NCBI GenBank assembly: GCA_965658815.1
Contig: CBFHTC010000001.1
Coordinates: 37,056-61,055 of the forward strand
Direction: 5' to 3'
Length of the DNA: 24,000 bases
DNA from: Rickettsiaceae bacterium
Lineage (GTDB): Bacteria > Pseudomonadota > Alphaproteobacteria > Rickettsiales > Rickettsiaceae
The notes below the pieces were generated by a model, which saw only the letters and a program-made list of their open reading frames with translations, did no database searches and was not told the origin of the DNA. The translations under genes and the position numbers were made by a program. This document shows positions 15,375-24,000 of the stretch, one piece after another (within the stretch, counting starts at the first letter, position 1; every line of letters begins with the position of its first letter).

Positions 15375-18300
15375 ATGACTAATATTTCAGCACTTGAAAA
15401 ACATATATTGTCATTTTGGAAAAAAGATAATACTTTTTTAAATTCAATGAACAAAAAAGAAAAAGAAGACTTCGTATTTTATGATGGACCTCCTTTTGCT
15501 AATGGCCTTCCTCACTATGGTCATATTTTAACAGGATATATCAAAGATTTATATGGACGTTATCAAACTATGAAAGGTAAAAATGTTAACAGACGCTTTG
15601 GATGGGATTGCCATGGACTTCCAGCAGAAATGGCAACAGAAAAAGAATTAGGTATATTTGGTATACAAGATATAAAAAAATATGGTATTGATAAATTTAA
15701 CAATCACTGTAAAGACTCTGTAATGAAATATGCAAATGCTTGGCAAGAATATGTTACGCGTCAGGCGCGATGGGTAGATTTTGATAATAACTATAAAACT
15801 ATGGATATCTCCTTTATGGAGTCGGTTATATGGGCTTTTAAAGAATTGTATAAAAAAGGTTTAGTATATGAAGCGCAAAAAGTTATGCCATTTTCATGGA
15901 AATGCGAAACACCACTATCAAATTTTGAGACAAGAATGGATGACTCTTATAGAGAAAGAACTGATAAAACAGTAACAGCTTTATTTCAAGCTTTATCTCA
16001 TAATTTTCAAAATATTAAAAAATTATATATATGTGCATGGACCACGACTCCTTGGACTTTACCATCAAACCTTGCTCTTGCAGTAAATGCGGATCTTGAA
16101 TATGATTTATATGCAGATAAAGATAATAATGGATATATTTTAGGATCATTTGCGTACAAAGAATATAAAAAAGAACTCAAAGATTTTAAAAAAGTAAAAA
16201 GCTTAAAAGGAAAGGATTTATTGGGAATTAGATATATTCCATTATTTGATTATTTTAAAAATAATTTAAATTCATTTATCATACTATCAGCAGATTTTGT
16301 TACAAACGAAAGTGGAACTGGTATTGTACATATAGCCCCAGCATTTGGAGAAGAAGATCAAAAACTTTGTGATCATAATAATATCACATTAGTATGCCCG
16401 GTCGATAGTCAAGGTAAATTTACTCATGAGGTTCCTGATTTACAAGGTATAAATATTTTTGATTCCAACGAAAGTATAATATTAAAACTAAAACAAGAAA
16501 AAAAATCATTTAAAGTATCTCAGTATATTCATAATTACCCTCATTGCTGGAGAACAGGAACTCCTTTGATTTATAAATCTGTTTCGTCATGGTGGATTAA
16601 AGTTACAGAAATAAAAGATAAAATGGTAGAACTCAATCAAGAAATCAACTGGATTCCAAATAATGTGAAAAATGGATTATTTGGAAAATGGTTAACAAAT
16701 GCAAAAGATTGGGCTATAAGTAGAAATAGGTTTTGGGGAACTCCAATTCCAATATGGATATCAACAGATAAAAGATATCCTAGAATTGATGTATATGGAT
16801 CAATTAAAGAACTTGAAAAAGACTTTGAAGTTAAAGTCCATAACTTACATAGACCTTTCATTGATTCTCTAACTCGAGTCAACCCTAATGACCCTACAGG
16901 GAAATCTAAAATGAAAAGAATTGAAGACGTATTTGATTGTTGGTTCGAAAGTGGCTCAATGCCCTATGCTCAAGTGCATTATCCATTTAATAATAGAGAA
17001 TATTTTGAAAACAATTTTCCTGCAGATTTTATTACAGAATATACCGCCCAAACTCGAGGTTGGTTCTATACACTAATGATTTTATCTACCGCATTATTTA
17101 ATAAACCTCCATTTTTAAATTGCATCTGTCACGGAGTTATATTAGATGAAAAAGGACAAAAGTTATCAAAAAGTAAACAAAATTATGAAGATCCATTAGT
17201 GGTATTTCAAAAATATGGTTCTGAATCTTTGCGATTTTTAATGCTTTCTTCACCTATTGTAAAAGGATCAGAGTTTTATATTGATAAAGAGGGTAAAGCA
17301 GTATCAAATGCTCATAGATTATTTATTCAACCCATTTTAAACTCATTTAACTTTTATTCTTTATATGCGAAAATTGATAATATTCAATTTAAACTTATAT
17401 ATTCCTCAAAATTTAACATTGATAATTATATCATATCAAAAACGGTTGAAGCAGTAAATAAAATAGATCAAGCTTTATCTGAGTTTGATTCTATAATTGC
17501 TTGCGACGTTATAAAAAAATATTTTGAAGTACTTAATAATTGGTATATCCGTCGAAATAGATCAAGATTTTGGCAATCAGAAAATAATGAAAAAAAATTA
17601 TATGCATTTTACACTTTAGCATCATGTCTACATCAAATATCAATTGCTATGGCGCCTATTATTCCGATAATCAGTGAAGTTATATACCAAGGGCTGAAAA
17701 ACTTAAATATTCTTAAAGATGGAAAATGTGAAACTAAGTCAGTACATATGGAGTATATTACAAATATGAAATCTTTTATTTATGATAAAGAATTAATTCA
17801 AGATATGGATAATGTTCTTGAAATATGCCATACCGCATTAAGTATTAGAAATGATAATCAAATTCGTATTCGTCAACCAATATTAGATATTACTATCGCG
17901 CAAAAAATAGAACCTAAATATCTAGATTTGATTAAAGAAGAAGTAAATGTTAAAAACATTATATGGAAAAAAGATGTTGAAAATTACTCAAATAAAATAA
18001 TTAAATTAAATTATGCAATTATAGGAAATAAATTTAAAGAAAAAGCAAAAGAAATATTTGATAATTTTAAAGCTAATAATTTTACTTTAAAAGAAGATAA
18101 ACTTAATATTGCAAATATTACTTTAGAAGAAAGTATTGATTTTAATATGCATATTGAAACAAAATTAGATAATAGCTTACTTATTAACAATAAATCAGGA
18201 ATAGTTATATTAAACACTCATTTAACAGATGAGCTTATTCAAGAAGGAGAGGCAAGAGATTTTATACGATTTATTCAGCAATTAAGAAAAGATCAAGAAT

Positions 18301-18470
18301 TTAAGGTAACAGATAGAATAAGTATTTTTATCTCACAAGAAACTAAATATATTTCTTTGTTTAAAGAGATAATATGTGAGTCATGTTTAATTAAAAATAT
18401 TATTATCAAAAAAGATGTATCAAAATTTGCATTTAAAGATATTTTTATACATATTCAAAAGCATGATTAA
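15375..18470 (+). CDS. ileS: Isoleucine--tRNA ligase, type 2 ('eukaryote-like')
   Basis: FVFYDGPPFANGLPHYGHILTGYIKDLYGRYQTMKGKNVNRRFGWDCHGLPAE is the type-2 HYGH-region. WTTTPWTLPSNLALAV, WAISRNRFWGTPIPIW, TAQTRGWFYTLMILS and KLSKSK (KMSKS) are also present. Length is 1031 aa. Confidence 0.95.
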   Translation: MTNISALEKHILSFWKKDNTFLNSMNKKEKEDFVFYDGPPFANGLPHYGHILTGYIKDLYGRYQTMKGKNVNRRFGWDCHGLPAEMATEKELGIFGIQDIKKYGIDKFNNHCKDSVMKYANAWQEYVTRQARWVDFDNNYKTMDISFMESVIWAFKELYKKGLVYEAQKVMPFSWKCETPLSNFETRMDDSYRERTDKTVTALFQALSHNFQNIKKLYICAWTTTPWTLPSNLALAVNADLEYDLYADKDNNGYILGSFAYKEYKKELKDFKKVKSLKGKDLLGIRYIPLFDYFKNNLNSFIILSADFVTNESGTGIVHIAPAFGEEDQKLCDHNNITLVCPVDSQGKFTHEVPDLQGINIFDSNESIILKLKQEKKSFKVSQYIHNYPHCWRTGTPLIYKSVSSWWIKVTEIKDKMVELNQEINWIPNNVKNGLFGKWLTNAKDWAISRNRFWGTPIPIWISTDKRYPRIDVYGSIKELEKDFEVKVHNLHRPFIDSLTRVNPNDPTGKSKMKRIEDVFDCWFESGSMPYAQVHYPFNNREYFENNFPADFITEYTAQTRGWFYTLMILSTALFNKPPFLNCICHGVILDEKGQKLSKSKQNYEDPLVVFQKYGSESLRFLMLSSPIVKGSEFYIDKEGKAVSNAHRLFIQPILNSFNFYSLYAKIDNIQFKLIYSSKFNIDNYIISKTVEAVNKIDQALSEFDSIIACDVIKKYFEVLNNWYIRRNRSRFWQSENNEKKLYAFYTLASCLHQISIAMAPIIPIISEVIYQGLKNLNILKDGKCETKSVHMEYITNMKSFIYDKELIQDMDNVLEICHTALSIRNDNQIRIRQPILDITIAQKIEPKYLDLIKEEVNVKNIIWKKDVENYSNKIIKLNYAIIGNKFKEKAKEIFDNFKANNFTLKEDKLNIANITLEESIDFNMHIETKLDNSLLINNKSGIVILNTHLTDELIQEGEARDFIRFIQQLRKDQEFKVTDRISIFISQETKYISLFKEIICESCLIKNIIIKKDVSKFAFKDIFIHIQKHD

Positions 18471-18609
18471 TAAAAAAAACTTTCTATTTAAACGCACTAA
18501 TTTAGTCAAAATTTATTTAATAATATAACTATAACTTTGTATAAAATAATTGTTTTAGATTGAATTTAATCAAAAAAAGTGATACCATATATTAATATTA
18601 ATTACGACT

Positions 18610-19674
18610 ATGTCTACTAAAAAAGATGAGATTGACTCTCAAAAAAGTTTTATAACAACTTCTACAAAATTAAAAAACCAAGAACCAAAAAAAGAAATAA
18701 ATTCTATGCAAAGAGAAGCTATTGAAAAGGCAGTGGCAAATATCAGAAAAATGTTTGGAAATGGATCCGTAAGTTTATTTGGAGAAAAAAGAGAAATACC
18801 ACAAAGTATATCTACTGGAAGTTTAATTTTAAATAAAATGATTACTGATAATATTCATAAAGGACTTCCAGTTGGTAGAACTATTGAAATATATGGAAAA
18901 GAATCTTCGGGAAAAACAACACTCGCTCTTGCAGCTATAGCTGATGCACAAAGAGAAGGTCATGTATGTGCTATGATAGATGCAGAACACGCTCTTGATA
19001 TCGAATATGCAAGAAATATTGGAGTAGATGAAAGTAATTTAATTATATCTCAACCAAGCAATGGTCAAGAAGCTTTTGAGATCGCAGAAGCTTTAGTTCG
19101 TAGCGCTGGAGTAAAATTAATTGTAATAGATAGCGTCGCGGCTCTTGTACCAAAAGAAGAGATTGATGGAAGTATGGAAGATCAACAAATGGGTCTTCAA
19201 GCAAGATTGATGAGCAAAGGTCTAAGAAAACTTACAGGAGCTATATCTAATACTGGATCTATTGTAATATTTATTAATCAAACTAGAACTCAAATTGGTA
19301 TTAGTTATGGAAATCCAACCGTTGTAACCGGAGGAAATGCATTGAAATTTTATGCATCTGTGAGAATTGAAATTAACCGTTCTGCTCTTATTACTGATGG
19401 CGATAATAATATAGGAAACTTAGCAAAAGTAAAAATTGTTAAAAATAAAATTGGTAGCCCGTTTAAACAAGGAGAAATTGAAATAATATATGGTAAAGGT
19501 ATACTTCAACATCGTGAAATATTTGACTTAGCTATTGCAAATAATATTATAGAAAGAAAAGGAGCATGGTATTCATATGGTGAAACTAAGTTAGGTCAAG
19601 GAAAAGAAAAAGCATTAGCTTTTATCGAAGAAAATAAAAACATACAAGAAGAAATAAAAAAATTAATAATATAA
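18610..19674 (+). CDS. recA: Recombinase A
   Basis: IEIYGKESSGKTTLAL (Walker A), AMIDAEHALD, LIVIDSVAALVPKEEIDG, IFINQTRTQIGISYGNPTVVTGGNALKFYASVRIEI and KVKIVKNKIGSPFK are present. The start is uncertain: ATG 18610 gives a 32-aa K/T/S-rich extension, while the in-frame ATG 18706 gives a canonical-length N-terminus. Confidence 0.95.
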   Translation: MSTKKDEIDSQKSFITTSTKLKNQEPKKEINSMQREAIEKAVANIRKMFGNGSVSLFGEKREIPQSISTGSLILNKMITDNIHKGLPVGRTIEIYGKESSGKTTLALAAIADAQREGHVCAMIDAEHALDIEYARNIGVDESNLIISQPSNGQEAFEIAEALVRSAGVKLIVIDSVAALVPKEEIDGSMEDQQMGLQARLMSKGLRKLTGAISNTGSIVIFINQTRTQIGISYGNPTVVTGGNALKFYASVRIEINRSALITDGDNNIGNLAKVKIVKNKIGSPFKQGEIEIIYGKGILQHREIFDLAIANNIIERKGAWYSYGETKLGQGKEKALAFIEENKNIQEEIKKLII

Positions 19675-19675
19675 A

Positions 19676-21337
19676 GTGTTGAATAATAACTGGCATTGTG
19701 ATTTAGATAACATTAACAAAGCTCGAGCATATTCTGTTAAATATAATATTTCTTTTTATATAATTATAATTTTGTTAAATCGAAATGTTGATATTAAGGA
19801 TATTGATATATACTTAAAATATTCGATTTCTGATTATATAAAACAATATCCAATTGAAAAAAATTTACCAGAAATAGTTGAGACCTCTGATAGAATTAAA
19901 ACTGCCTGCGAAAATAAAGAAAATATCTTTATTTATGGAGATTATGATGTAGATGGAGCATCATCAACCGCTTTGCTAATTAATTTTTTTAAACAATTTA
20001 ATATAGAAGCAAATTTTCATATTCCAAATAGGTTCAGTGAAGGGTATGGATTGACAAAATATGGAATTCAAAAAGCTTTTGATACTTTTAAACCTACTCT
20101 ATTAATTGTTGTAGATTGTGGCTCATCATCTGATCAAGAAATATCTTTTGCTAAATCATTAGGAATGGATGTTATTGTAATGGATCACCATATATATCAC
20201 TCAAGACCAAAAGATTTATATTCCATTGTCAATCCTAACTTTGAATTTTTAAAATCTCAATACTCAAATTTATGCGCATCTGGAGTTGTTTTTTTAACGC
20301 TACTAAATAGTATCATACAAGGGAGAAAAAGTATAAATAAACATATATGGAATCAAATTTCAATTATGAACCAAATAGAGATTGCATCTATTGCAACTAT
20401 ATGTGATTGCATGACACTAAAAGGAATAAACCATATTATTGTCAAAAAAGGTATTAATAAGATTAATAATCAAGATACTTCTTTAAATATCAAAAAACTT
20501 TTAAATCATAAATCAAATATAATAGTAAATGATATATCTTTTTTAATTGGGCCAAGATTAAACGCTGGTGGTAGACTAGGAAGAGAAAATTTTGCTACAC
20601 TATCCTTGCTAAACTCAGATCGATACACCAATACACCTGATAAATTAATTGTACTAAATAACAATAGAAAAATAATCGAACAAAATGTATTAGATAAAGC
20701 AAATGCAAATCTACAAATATTTACATATTTCACTATATCAATTGGAGAAAACTGGCATGAAGGTGTAATAGGAATAATTGCATCGAAATTAAAAGAGAAA
20801 TATAAAAAACCATCATTTGTTCTTTCATTAAAAGATGATTTATATACTGGATCAGCGAGGTCTATTAATCCTATTCATCTAGGCGAAATTATATCTCTTG
20901 GTAAACAGCTAAATATTATCAAATCAGGAGGAGGGCATGAGTTAGCAGGAGGATTATCTATACATAAAACAAAGATATTAGATTTTATACAATTTCTTGA
21001 AAAACATATAACAAAATCTGCTAATATAAGAAAATTATATGATTGTGAAATCTATTTTCCTACAAATGATATTATTGATAATATAAAATCATTAGAACCA
21101 TTTGGAAACGGTTTCCCTGAGCCAACTTTTTTAATACAAAATGTAAATATAAGAAGCACACATGTTATCAAAGACAACCATATAGGAATAATAATAAGAA
21201 AGAATAATTTATTTATAAGATCAATAATATTTAACTCAAAAAAATCAATAAAAAAGGATAACATAAATATTATATGTAACCTAAGGTATAACTATAAATA
21301 TAAAAAAATAGATATATTTATAATAGATATACTTTAA
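19676..21337 (+). CDS. recJ: Single-stranded-DNA-specific exonuclease RecJ (DHH/DHHA1)
   Basis: IFIYGDYDVDGASSTALL (DHH motif I/II), LLIVVDCGSS, DVIVMDHH (motif III/IV) and GGGHELAGGLSI (DHHA1 GGGH) are present. The GTG start lies 1 nt after the recA stop. Confidence 0.9.
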   Translation: MLNNNWHCDLDNINKARAYSVKYNISFYIIIILLNRNVDIKDIDIYLKYSISDYIKQYPIEKNLPEIVETSDRIKTACENKENIFIYGDYDVDGASSTALLINFFKQFNIEANFHIPNRFSEGYGLTKYGIQKAFDTFKPTLLIVVDCGSSSDQEISFAKSLGMDVIVMDHHIYHSRPKDLYSIVNPNFEFLKSQYSNLCASGVVFLTLLNSIIQGRKSINKHIWNQISIMNQIEIASIATICDCMTLKGINHIIVKKGINKINNQDTSLNIKKLLNHKSNIIVNDISFLIGPRLNAGGRLGRENFATLSLLNSDRYTNTPDKLIVLNNNRKIIEQNVLDKANANLQIFTYFTISIGENWHEGVIGIIASKLKEKYKKPSFVLSLKDDLYTGSARSINPIHLGEIISLGKQLNIIKSGGGHELAGGLSIHKTKILDFIQFLEKHITKSANIRKLYDCEIYFPTNDIIDNIKSLEPFGNGFPEPTFLIQNVNIRSTHVIKDNHIGIIIRKNNLFIRSIIFNSKKSIKKDNINIICNLRYNYKYKKIDIFIIDIL

Positions 21338-21473
21338 GGATACATATGGTTGTTATCTTCTGGTCTTATTTGCATAATGATTTTTTTTTGTTCAAACATA
21401 TTTTACTAAATATTAGTTATACTAACAAATAAAAACATATATTTTTTCATAAAAATATTTTTATGTGTAATAA

Positions 21474-22019
21474 TTACACACAACTATTACAAATTAACTG
21501 AATTTTTTCTATTAGAACATTTAAAATGTTATTTGAACAAATTAAATTAATATCATATAAATCATATTTTTTTAAAACAAAATATGATATTTCAGTAGAA
21601 TCAATAGGTCTACCTATACCTACTTTAATACGATCATAGTCTTTACCGAAGAAAGATGATATAGACCTTAAACCATTATGACCATTTTCACTTCCTCCGT
21701 ATTTTATTTTTATTTTTAAAAATTTAGTTTCTAAATCATCATGAATAACAACTAATTTATTACAAGAATTTTTTTTATAAAACTTATAAATCTTATCTCC
21801 ACAATTATTCATTAAAGATTTCGCAAAAAAAAATATTCCTTCTTCGGTAAAATAATAAGATCCTAATTTTTCATCTATTAAAATTTTAAAATTTTGCATT
21901 TTTGCGTAATGCAAAAAAAGCATATGTGCAATATTATGGCGAGTATTATAATATTGACTATTATCATTTCCTAAAAAAGTATATAAAATATTACTTGACA
22001 CTAAAAACACAAAAATCAT
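21474..22019 (-). CDS. pth: Peptidyl-tRNA hydrolase
   Basis: FLGNDNSQYYNTRHNIAHMLF matches GNPG..Y..TRHN. VVIHDDLETKFLKIKIKYGGSENGHNGLRSI matches HDELD......K.GG...GHNGL. IKVGIGRP is also present. The ATG 22019 start overlaps the tsf 3' end by 29 nt. In-frame GTG alternatives at 22010 and 22001 would shorten the overlap. Confidence 0.85.
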   Translation of the reverse strand: MIFVFLVSSNILYTFLGNDNSQYYNTRHNIAHMLFLHYAKMQNFKILIDEKLGSYYFTEEGIFFFAKSLMNNCGDKIYKFYKKNSCNKLVVIHDDLETKFLKIKIKYGGSENGHNGLRSISSFFGKDYDRIKVGIGRPIDSTEISYFVLKKYDLYDINLICSNNILNVLIEKIQLICNSCV

Positions 22020-22779
22020 TAATAGTTATTTTACCTAACATAGAAGTAATTTTTGGAAGTTTACCAAAGATGAAATTTTGACTTAATAAACAATTTTCTT
22101 TTTTAAATTTATTAATCATACCTTCAACTTTTCTTTCGTTTCCTTCAGAAGCAGCTATTGCTGTATTTTTTTCTGCTTCTAATATATCAAGAGGTATATC
22201 TTTTTCTGATAAATACTTAGGTTTTTCTGAGACAATATGTAAAGCAATTTCTTCACCAATATGTTTATCATTTTCACTAAGGGATACAACTCCACATATA
22301 TTTCCAAAACCTTCAAAATAAGGATTATGTATATAAAAGAAAGGATAATGAGATGAATCTTTTATAAAAACCTTCATATCTTCGATAAAAATATTTTCTG
22401 AAGTAGCGGCTGAAATTTCTTTTATAAATTCATTAGTTTTTTCTTTTAAAGATTCTAAAGTAACATTTCCAAAGATATAACTTTTAATATGATTAAAAAC
22501 TTTTTTCATTCCTTCACTTTTTGCTGTAAAATCTGTTTGACAAAAAATTTTAACCATTATAATTTTTTTATCATTTTCAAAAACAGCAATTCCGCCTTCT
22601 AAAGCTTCATTTTGAGTATATTTTGCAGATTTTATAATATTTCTTTTTTTTAATAGTGAAATTGCCTCCTCAAAATCTCCATTTGTTTCATATATAGCAT
22701 CCTTACAATGTTTTAATCCTGCTCCAGTAGAATTTTTCAGTTGTCTGATAATATCTGGATTGATTTTTTTTTGATTCAT
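21991..22779 (-). CDS. tsf: Translation elongation factor Ts
   Basis: IIRQLKNSTGAGLKHCKDAIYETNGDFEEAISLLKK is the UBA-like N-terminal domain (LR..TGAG...CK.AL....GD.E.A...L). IFCQTDFTAKSE matches CQTDFVAK. HIVSEKPKYLSEKDIP is also present. Length is 262 aa. Confidence 0.9.
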   Translation of the reverse strand: MNQKKINPDIIRQLKNSTGAGLKHCKDAIYETNGDFEEAISLLKKRNIIKSAKYTQNEALEGGIAVFENDKKIIMVKIFCQTDFTAKSEGMKKVFNHIKSYIFGNVTLESLKEKTNEFIKEISAATSENIFIEDMKVFIKDSSHYPFFYIHNPYFEGFGNICGVVSLSENDKHIGEEIALHIVSEKPKYLSEKDIPLDILEAEKNTAIAASEGNERKVEGMINKFKKENCLLSQNFIFGKLPKITSMLGKITINDFCVFSVK

Positions 22780-22895
22780 ATATCTAATTTATTTTTCATT
22801 GTAATTATAAACACAAATTTTATATAAATCAATAAGAACAAGAATATTAGATATAAAATTTAATAAATTTCAAATTACATATTTAAATTAACATA

Positions 22896-22924
22896 TTGAA
22901 TATAAAGTAATTTTTATATACAAT
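22896..22924 (+). promoter_or_regulatory. Sigma70-like promoter candidate upstream of miaB
   Basis: TTGAAT (22896-22901), 17-nt spacer, TACAAT (22919-22924), 22 nt before the ATG at 22947. Confidence 0.3.
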
Positions 22925-22946
22925 AATGGGTTAACAAAATAAAAAT

Positions 22947-24000
22947 ATGCATAAAGTTTTTATAAAAAATTATGGATGTCAAATGAATATATATGACTCT
23001 GAAAAAATGTATTCTATATTAAAATCTATAGACTATACAGAAAGCGACGAAATAGAGAATTCTGATTTAATAATATTGAATACTTGTCATATTAGAGAAA
23101 AAGCTACAGAAAAAATTTATTCCGAATTAGGTAAATATTCAAAACTAAAAAAAACAATTGTTGTAGCAGGGTGTGTAAGTCAAGCCGAAGGAAATATAAT
23201 ATTTAAAAGAGCTCCATATGTAAATATCGTTGTAGGACCTCAGTCATATCATCTTTTACCTGGATTAATTAGAAAGCACAAACAAGGTGAAAACCACCTT
23301 ATTGAATTAAAGTTTGAACCAAGTGAAAAATTTGATATTATTGAGCAAAATATAGACAATTCAAATCTAGAAACTAGTAAATTTGTATCAATTCAAGAAG
23401 GATGCGATAAATTTTGTACTTTTTGCGTTGTTCCTTACACTAGAGGTCCAGAAATATCAAGACCAATAGAAAACATCATTAAAGAAGTAAAAACATTAAG
23501 CGAAAGAGGAACAAAAGAAATAACTCTTTTAGGGCAAAATGTAAATGCATATAATGGTAGAGATATAAATAATAAAATATCAGATATATCTGATTTAATA
23601 TCTCTTGTAGCAAAAATTTCTAATATAGAAAGAATTAGATATACAACCTCTCACCCTATTGATGTCAATGATAAACTTATAGACATTCACGCAAATGAAG
23701 AAAAATTAATGCCATTTCTTCATTTACCTGTACAATCTGGATCAAATAAAATATTAAAAAGTATGAATAGGCAACATACTAAAGAGTATTATCTTAACAT
23801 AATAGAAAGATTCTTAGAGAAAAATGATAAAATGAGATTTTCTTCTGATTTTATCGTTGGTTTTCCAGGTGAAACAGATAAAGACTTTTTAGACACATTA
23901 AATTTAGCAAGGCAAGTAAAATATACTCAGGCTTTTTCTTTTAAATACAGTCAGAGGCCAGGAACTCCAGCAGATAAAAGAAAAGATCAAATTGATGAAG
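22947..24000 (+). CDS. miaB: tRNA-2-methylthio-N6-dimethylallyladenosine synthase (radical SAM methylthiotransferase), 5' part. It runs off the right edge of the window.
   Basis: It is missing from the supplied track because there is no stop in the window. I translated it by hand from ATG 22947 and the frame stays open to nt 24000. [34 protein letters not shown] carries the N-terminal Cys triad. [21 protein letters not shown] carries the radical-SAM CxxxCxx[22 protein letters not shown] and [10 protein letters not shown] are also present. Confidence 0.9.
   Translation, partial: MHKVFIKNYGCQMNIYDSEKMYSILKSIDYTESDEIENSDLIILNTCHIREKATEKIYSELGKYSKLKKTIVVAGCVSQAEGNIIFKRAPYVNIVVGPQSYHLLPGLIRKHKQGENHLIELKFEPSEKFDIIEQNIDNSNLETSKFVSIQEGCDKFCTFCVVPYTRGPEISRPIENIIKEVKTLSERGTKEITLLGQNVNAYNGRDINNKISDISDLISLVAKISNIERIRYTTSHPIDVNDKLIDIHANEEKLMPFLHLPVQSGSNKILKSMNRQHTKEYYLNIIERFLEKNDKMRFSSDFIVGFPGETDKDFLDTLNLARQVKYTQAFSFKYSQRPGTPADKRKDQIDE

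Noticed and set aside
18471-18609. Search for a LexA/SOS box (alphaproteobacterial GTTC-N7-GTTC or gammaproteobacterial CTG-N10-CAG) upstream of recA
   Set aside because: No such motif is present. This is consistent with loss of LexA regulation but is not informative alone.
14181-21264. Set of short antisense ORFs from the track (14181..14438, 14986..15183, 16637..16882, 18011..18217, 20506..20733, 21052..21264)
   Set aside because: Each lies wholly inside and opposite a confidently identified gene (ABC, trmD, ileS, recJ), and none has a recognisable motif.
21464-21480. 17-nt palindrome tgtgtaat-a-attacaca at the recJ/pth convergent junction, considered as a bidirectional terminator
   Set aside because: It is an all-AT-rich 8-bp stem with essentially no loop and no flanking T-run. 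It overlaps the pth stop codon. It is too weak to call a terminator.
1-24000. CRISPR arrays, IS elements or transposases, integrases, prophage genes, toxin-antitoxin or restriction-modification/defence islands
   Set aside because: I saw no spaced direct repeats, no terminal inverted repeats flanking an ORF, and no ORF with transposase, integrase, nuclease-defence or toxin motifs. Every ORF over 100 aa on the coding strand is accounted for.
1-24000. Alternative genetic code (TGA=Trp, code 4), as in some AT-rich symbionts
   Set aside because: Conserved Trp positions use TGG. TGA terminates genes at family-appropriate lengths (ABC exporter at 14656-14658, membrane protein at 11231-11233). No conserved gene is interrupted under the standard code.

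Overview
Very AT-rich (by eye about three-quarters A+T), gene-dense bacterial chromosome segment using the standard code (TGA is a stop, Trp is TGG). It looks like a reduced obligate-intracellular genome, most likely a Rickettsiales/Holosporales-type alphaproteobacterium. That placement is inference from an archaeal-type ValRS, a type-2 'eukaryote-like' IleRS, I/K/N/F/Y-biased proteins, almost no Shine-Dalgarno sequences and overlapping genes. No searches were run, so all family calls rest on motifs read from the translations. I support 20 protein genes and 2 tRNAs. Left to right: partial ABC paralogue with a dead NBD, sspB-like, rnhA, rbfA(-), radC(-), valS, kefB-like(-), rpsB(-), tRNA-Val(-), bamB-like(-), yfgM-like(-), a fused MrpA-C/MrpB/MrpE protein(-), an unassigned polytopic membrane protein(-), tRNA-CAU, an intact ABC exporter, trmD, ileS, recA, recJ, pth(-), tsf(-), and miaB (partial, absent from the ORF track). 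Several sigma70-like -35/-10 pairs with 16-17 nt spacers lie in the short intergenic gaps. I see no CRISPR array, transposase, integrase, phage gene, or recognisable defence or toxin-antitoxin system. This is mostly housekeeping sequence with scrambled operon context, and I do not see a convincing novel multi-gene system. The items most worth a second look are: (1) the unassigned membrane protein at 11231..12718, with a Met-free N-terminal domain, a weak VirB6/TrbL-like feel and an in-frame 15-bp tandem repeat in a locally GC-richer tail; (2) the ABC paralogue that keeps its frame but has lost every catalytic NBD motif; (3) the orphan Mrp domain fusion; (4) A11/A12 homopolymers inside coding regions; (5) tRNA genes acting as 5' leaders of protein-coding operons.
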